Assembly: GCA_050084515.1 (NCBI GenBank)
Contig: CM114271.1
Span: 14,136,001-14,200,000, forward strand
Direction of reading: 5' to 3'
DNA from: Blasia pusilla
Lineage: Eukaryota
Length of the DNA stretch: 64,000 nucleotides
Shown: positions 61,413 to 64,000 of the stretch, piece by piece
Position numbering within the stretch: position 1 is the stretch's first letter
Layout: every line of letters begins with the position of its first letter
Position numbers and translations under genes: made by a program
Notes under the pieces: generated by a model
Databases searched by the model: none
What the model saw: only the letters and a program-made list of their open reading frames with translations
What the model was told of the DNA's origin: nothing

Positions 61413-64000
61413 TGGTGAATTCGCCAAATCGCAAAGCGAGATCGGAAACCCCATCTCCGACTGAACCTGGTTTTAAATCGTCGATCGCCTCAGCAGCTGA
61501 GATCCAAAGCTGGAAGAGCTGTTCCAACCGGAGAACAACTTGCTTTCGAGTTTCACGCGCTAGGATCCATGGATGCCTCGCTCGGCCCGATCGAGCATGC
61601 AGCGTGGATCATGTGGAATTGCTACTAGCACTGTGGAGGTCACCACCGATCATTCAGCTTACGCCGTGCGTATCCTAGGGGAATCTTGATCACGAACATG
61701 AATTCTGAAAACGATGATTCATACCGATCCGACTACAATGAATCACCTGAGAGGTTCTCCTCGCGAGTCGTGAAGGTCCTGCTGGACAAAACCAGGAGCG
61801 CTTATTTGCTACCGGAAAATGGGAGTCCAGGGATGCAACAGGACTTTCTCCCATAGGTTTCAATCTTGTTAAGGCGGTGCATCACTTCATTGATCTCTCC
61901 GGAGAAAGAGAGAGAGCCACGGAGTGATGCACCGCCATAACAAGCTTGCTATGGCGGTGCATCAATTCATTTTCAAGGGCCTTGAGCTTAACGGAGGGGA
62001 CGGTTTGGAGCGACGAATCCATGAAGCTTGCAGATCCAGAACCGGTCCGGTCAACAATTGGGGGTATCACTCCGGATCATCCTTCTCCATACATTCATCG
62101 CCTTCGCTCTCGATCCGTGACCCATACCGTACCACGTTAGGATCTTCCCAAATGTCGGACCACATAATTTGCACTTTGAAAGTAGGAAGGTCACATATTC
62201 AACTTCGGACCCTTGTGAGATGTGATCATTTGAAAAGCGGTAAGCTCTAATGTGAATATCCTTCAACGTGAACATGTATTATTATCAGAGATTCTCTGGA
62301 ACAAAATTAGAAAAAAATTGAATTTATATGCATCATATCGCATACTATACACTAAAAAAATTCTTCAAAACACTTTTTATTTCTTTAAACAAGTTGGGGT
62401 CACTTAAGGGTAATGATGAGAGATTACTCATCATTAGCCGGTAAGGAAAGATGAACGTTCGAGCCGGTGTTTTGTGCTTCCAGAATTGACAACAGGGAGC
62501 ACAAACAAAAACCCTTCCATACATTTCAGTCCTCCTGTCATTGCCATCCATCCATAAGTTCATGGCACGGCGGTGAAACGTTGACACTCCGCTCTCGAGG
62601 CACGAGTCTTTCAGTTACTTGACGGACTGCAGACTGTAGAGATCGTTTTGTCCTCCCTCGATTATTATTAAAAAATGCATGAGGGTTCGACTTTTAGTTT
62701 CTTATTTTGATTATGGTTAGGAAAGCAGAGGAGAGCACCATGAGAGGAAATTGTTTAGAGGGTTTGAAAGGAAGGGACTACTTTTTTAAGAAATTCAAAG
62801 TAAGGTAGGTTTGGGATTTTTTTCTCCTAAATAAGAAAAAATTGTAATGAGGAGAAATTATTTTTCTTCCTAAATGAAAAGATGGATTGAAGGAATTTTC
62901 AAATAGCAAAAGGACCTGAAATTGAGATTTTTAAACGAGGGATCTCCGAAAGGAAAATTATAAAAATTATAAAAATTATTAATAAAACCCACTTTGGCTT
63001 TTCTTAATGGAAAAAATTACTATAATGAACTAATGCAACATGATGGGCATTCTATGTGGTTAGGGGATCCAACTGGCCATGGTTATCCGACTAGTGTCAC
63101 AATTCTCCTTTCTCGAATTCGGTGCCTCAATAATTTTCCTTTCACGAATGATGGACAGAGTGCTAAGTTGCTAACATGGACGGAGAATAGAAAAAAATGA
63201 GGATGGATGAAATGGAGGGGACGAACTTGCACAAAGCGGATTGAGAGGAAAAATGGCCAATAATATGGAGAGAGAAAATTTTGAAAACCCTAAGTTCAAC
63301 GTTGCAACTCAGAACTAATTCATGTAGAGATACGTAAAGATCAGGACAGAAAGTTCCATAGCGCAACAGTTATTGAGAAGACTTAGTCCGAAGAAGTCGA
63401 TCAAGGAACCAATTAATCACTGCGCGGTTTATGAACCCTCGAACATGGCAAGCACCACAACAAGAGAAAATCAATCAAGGGATCAAGTAATTTCGTCCGC
63501 TGGAAATCACACGGTGTCTTGGCAAACACCGATCAGAAAGGGATTTTGATCCATCAATGGTTTTTTGTGAGAAAAACTGGACATTACTAGCAAACAATGC
63601 TACCGTAGCCGTCAAATGCAAGCTCATGACACGCGACGATGCTAAAAGAACTGCGAATGCAGTTCACATGTTGTGAAATTTCCACGGGTCGCATAAGTTT
63701 TACGGCTGAAGAGAGTCCTCCCTCGACGCACAAAGTAGTCGAATGAATCCATATGAGCTCACGGGCCCCTGCCTGAGGACCACCTTGTCCAAACATTTTG
63801 AATCCTTCATCCTACAATCGTCTTCGCAGATTTCCTACCCCTGTCTGTATACAACGTTTTACAACGTGCATCGTTTCACTTTCCCCCAGCTTAGAGCCCT
63901 TGATCTCCACGCAAAGTCCTTTGATTGCCTCTACTAGACATTGGAAATCGAGGTAGGAGGTAGGATATCTGTCTAGAGTACGCTGCACGGGAAGCTTGCA

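Overview
Eukaryotic DNA, most likely a land plant (malectin-type RLK exons, an L-type lectin fragment and an intron-containing DOXC 2-oxoglutarate dioxygenase), dominated by nested transposons. The window opens in a Ty1/Copia element whose RT is split by a Ty3/Gypsy-type element. Three related copies of this Gypsy family (2186-11914, 18165-28058, 43961-49628) are the main discovery. (i) A C5-cytosine DNA methyltransferase domain lies between protease and RT, and a PHD finger follows the DDE integrase. (ii) Instead of ordinary LTRs, copies 1 and 2 have split direct repeats A-internal-B-A-B, and copy 3 is A-internal-B; all have TG..CA ends and 4-bp TSDs. (iii) A Tf1-like self-priming site replaces a tRNA PBS. 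PBS and PPT positions define B+A as the reverse-transcribed LTR, so the integrated copies look circularly permuted, as if an LTR circle were opened at an internal palindrome (CA-GC-TG); this mechanism is inference. Also present: a putative 28.5-kb CACTA element with host-gene fragments, a decayed P-element-like transposase, a solo LTR, a Helitron-like end, tandem repeats, one apparently intact 3-exon 2OGD gene and an orphan 449-aa ORF. All calls come from reading motifs by eye; no database searches were run.
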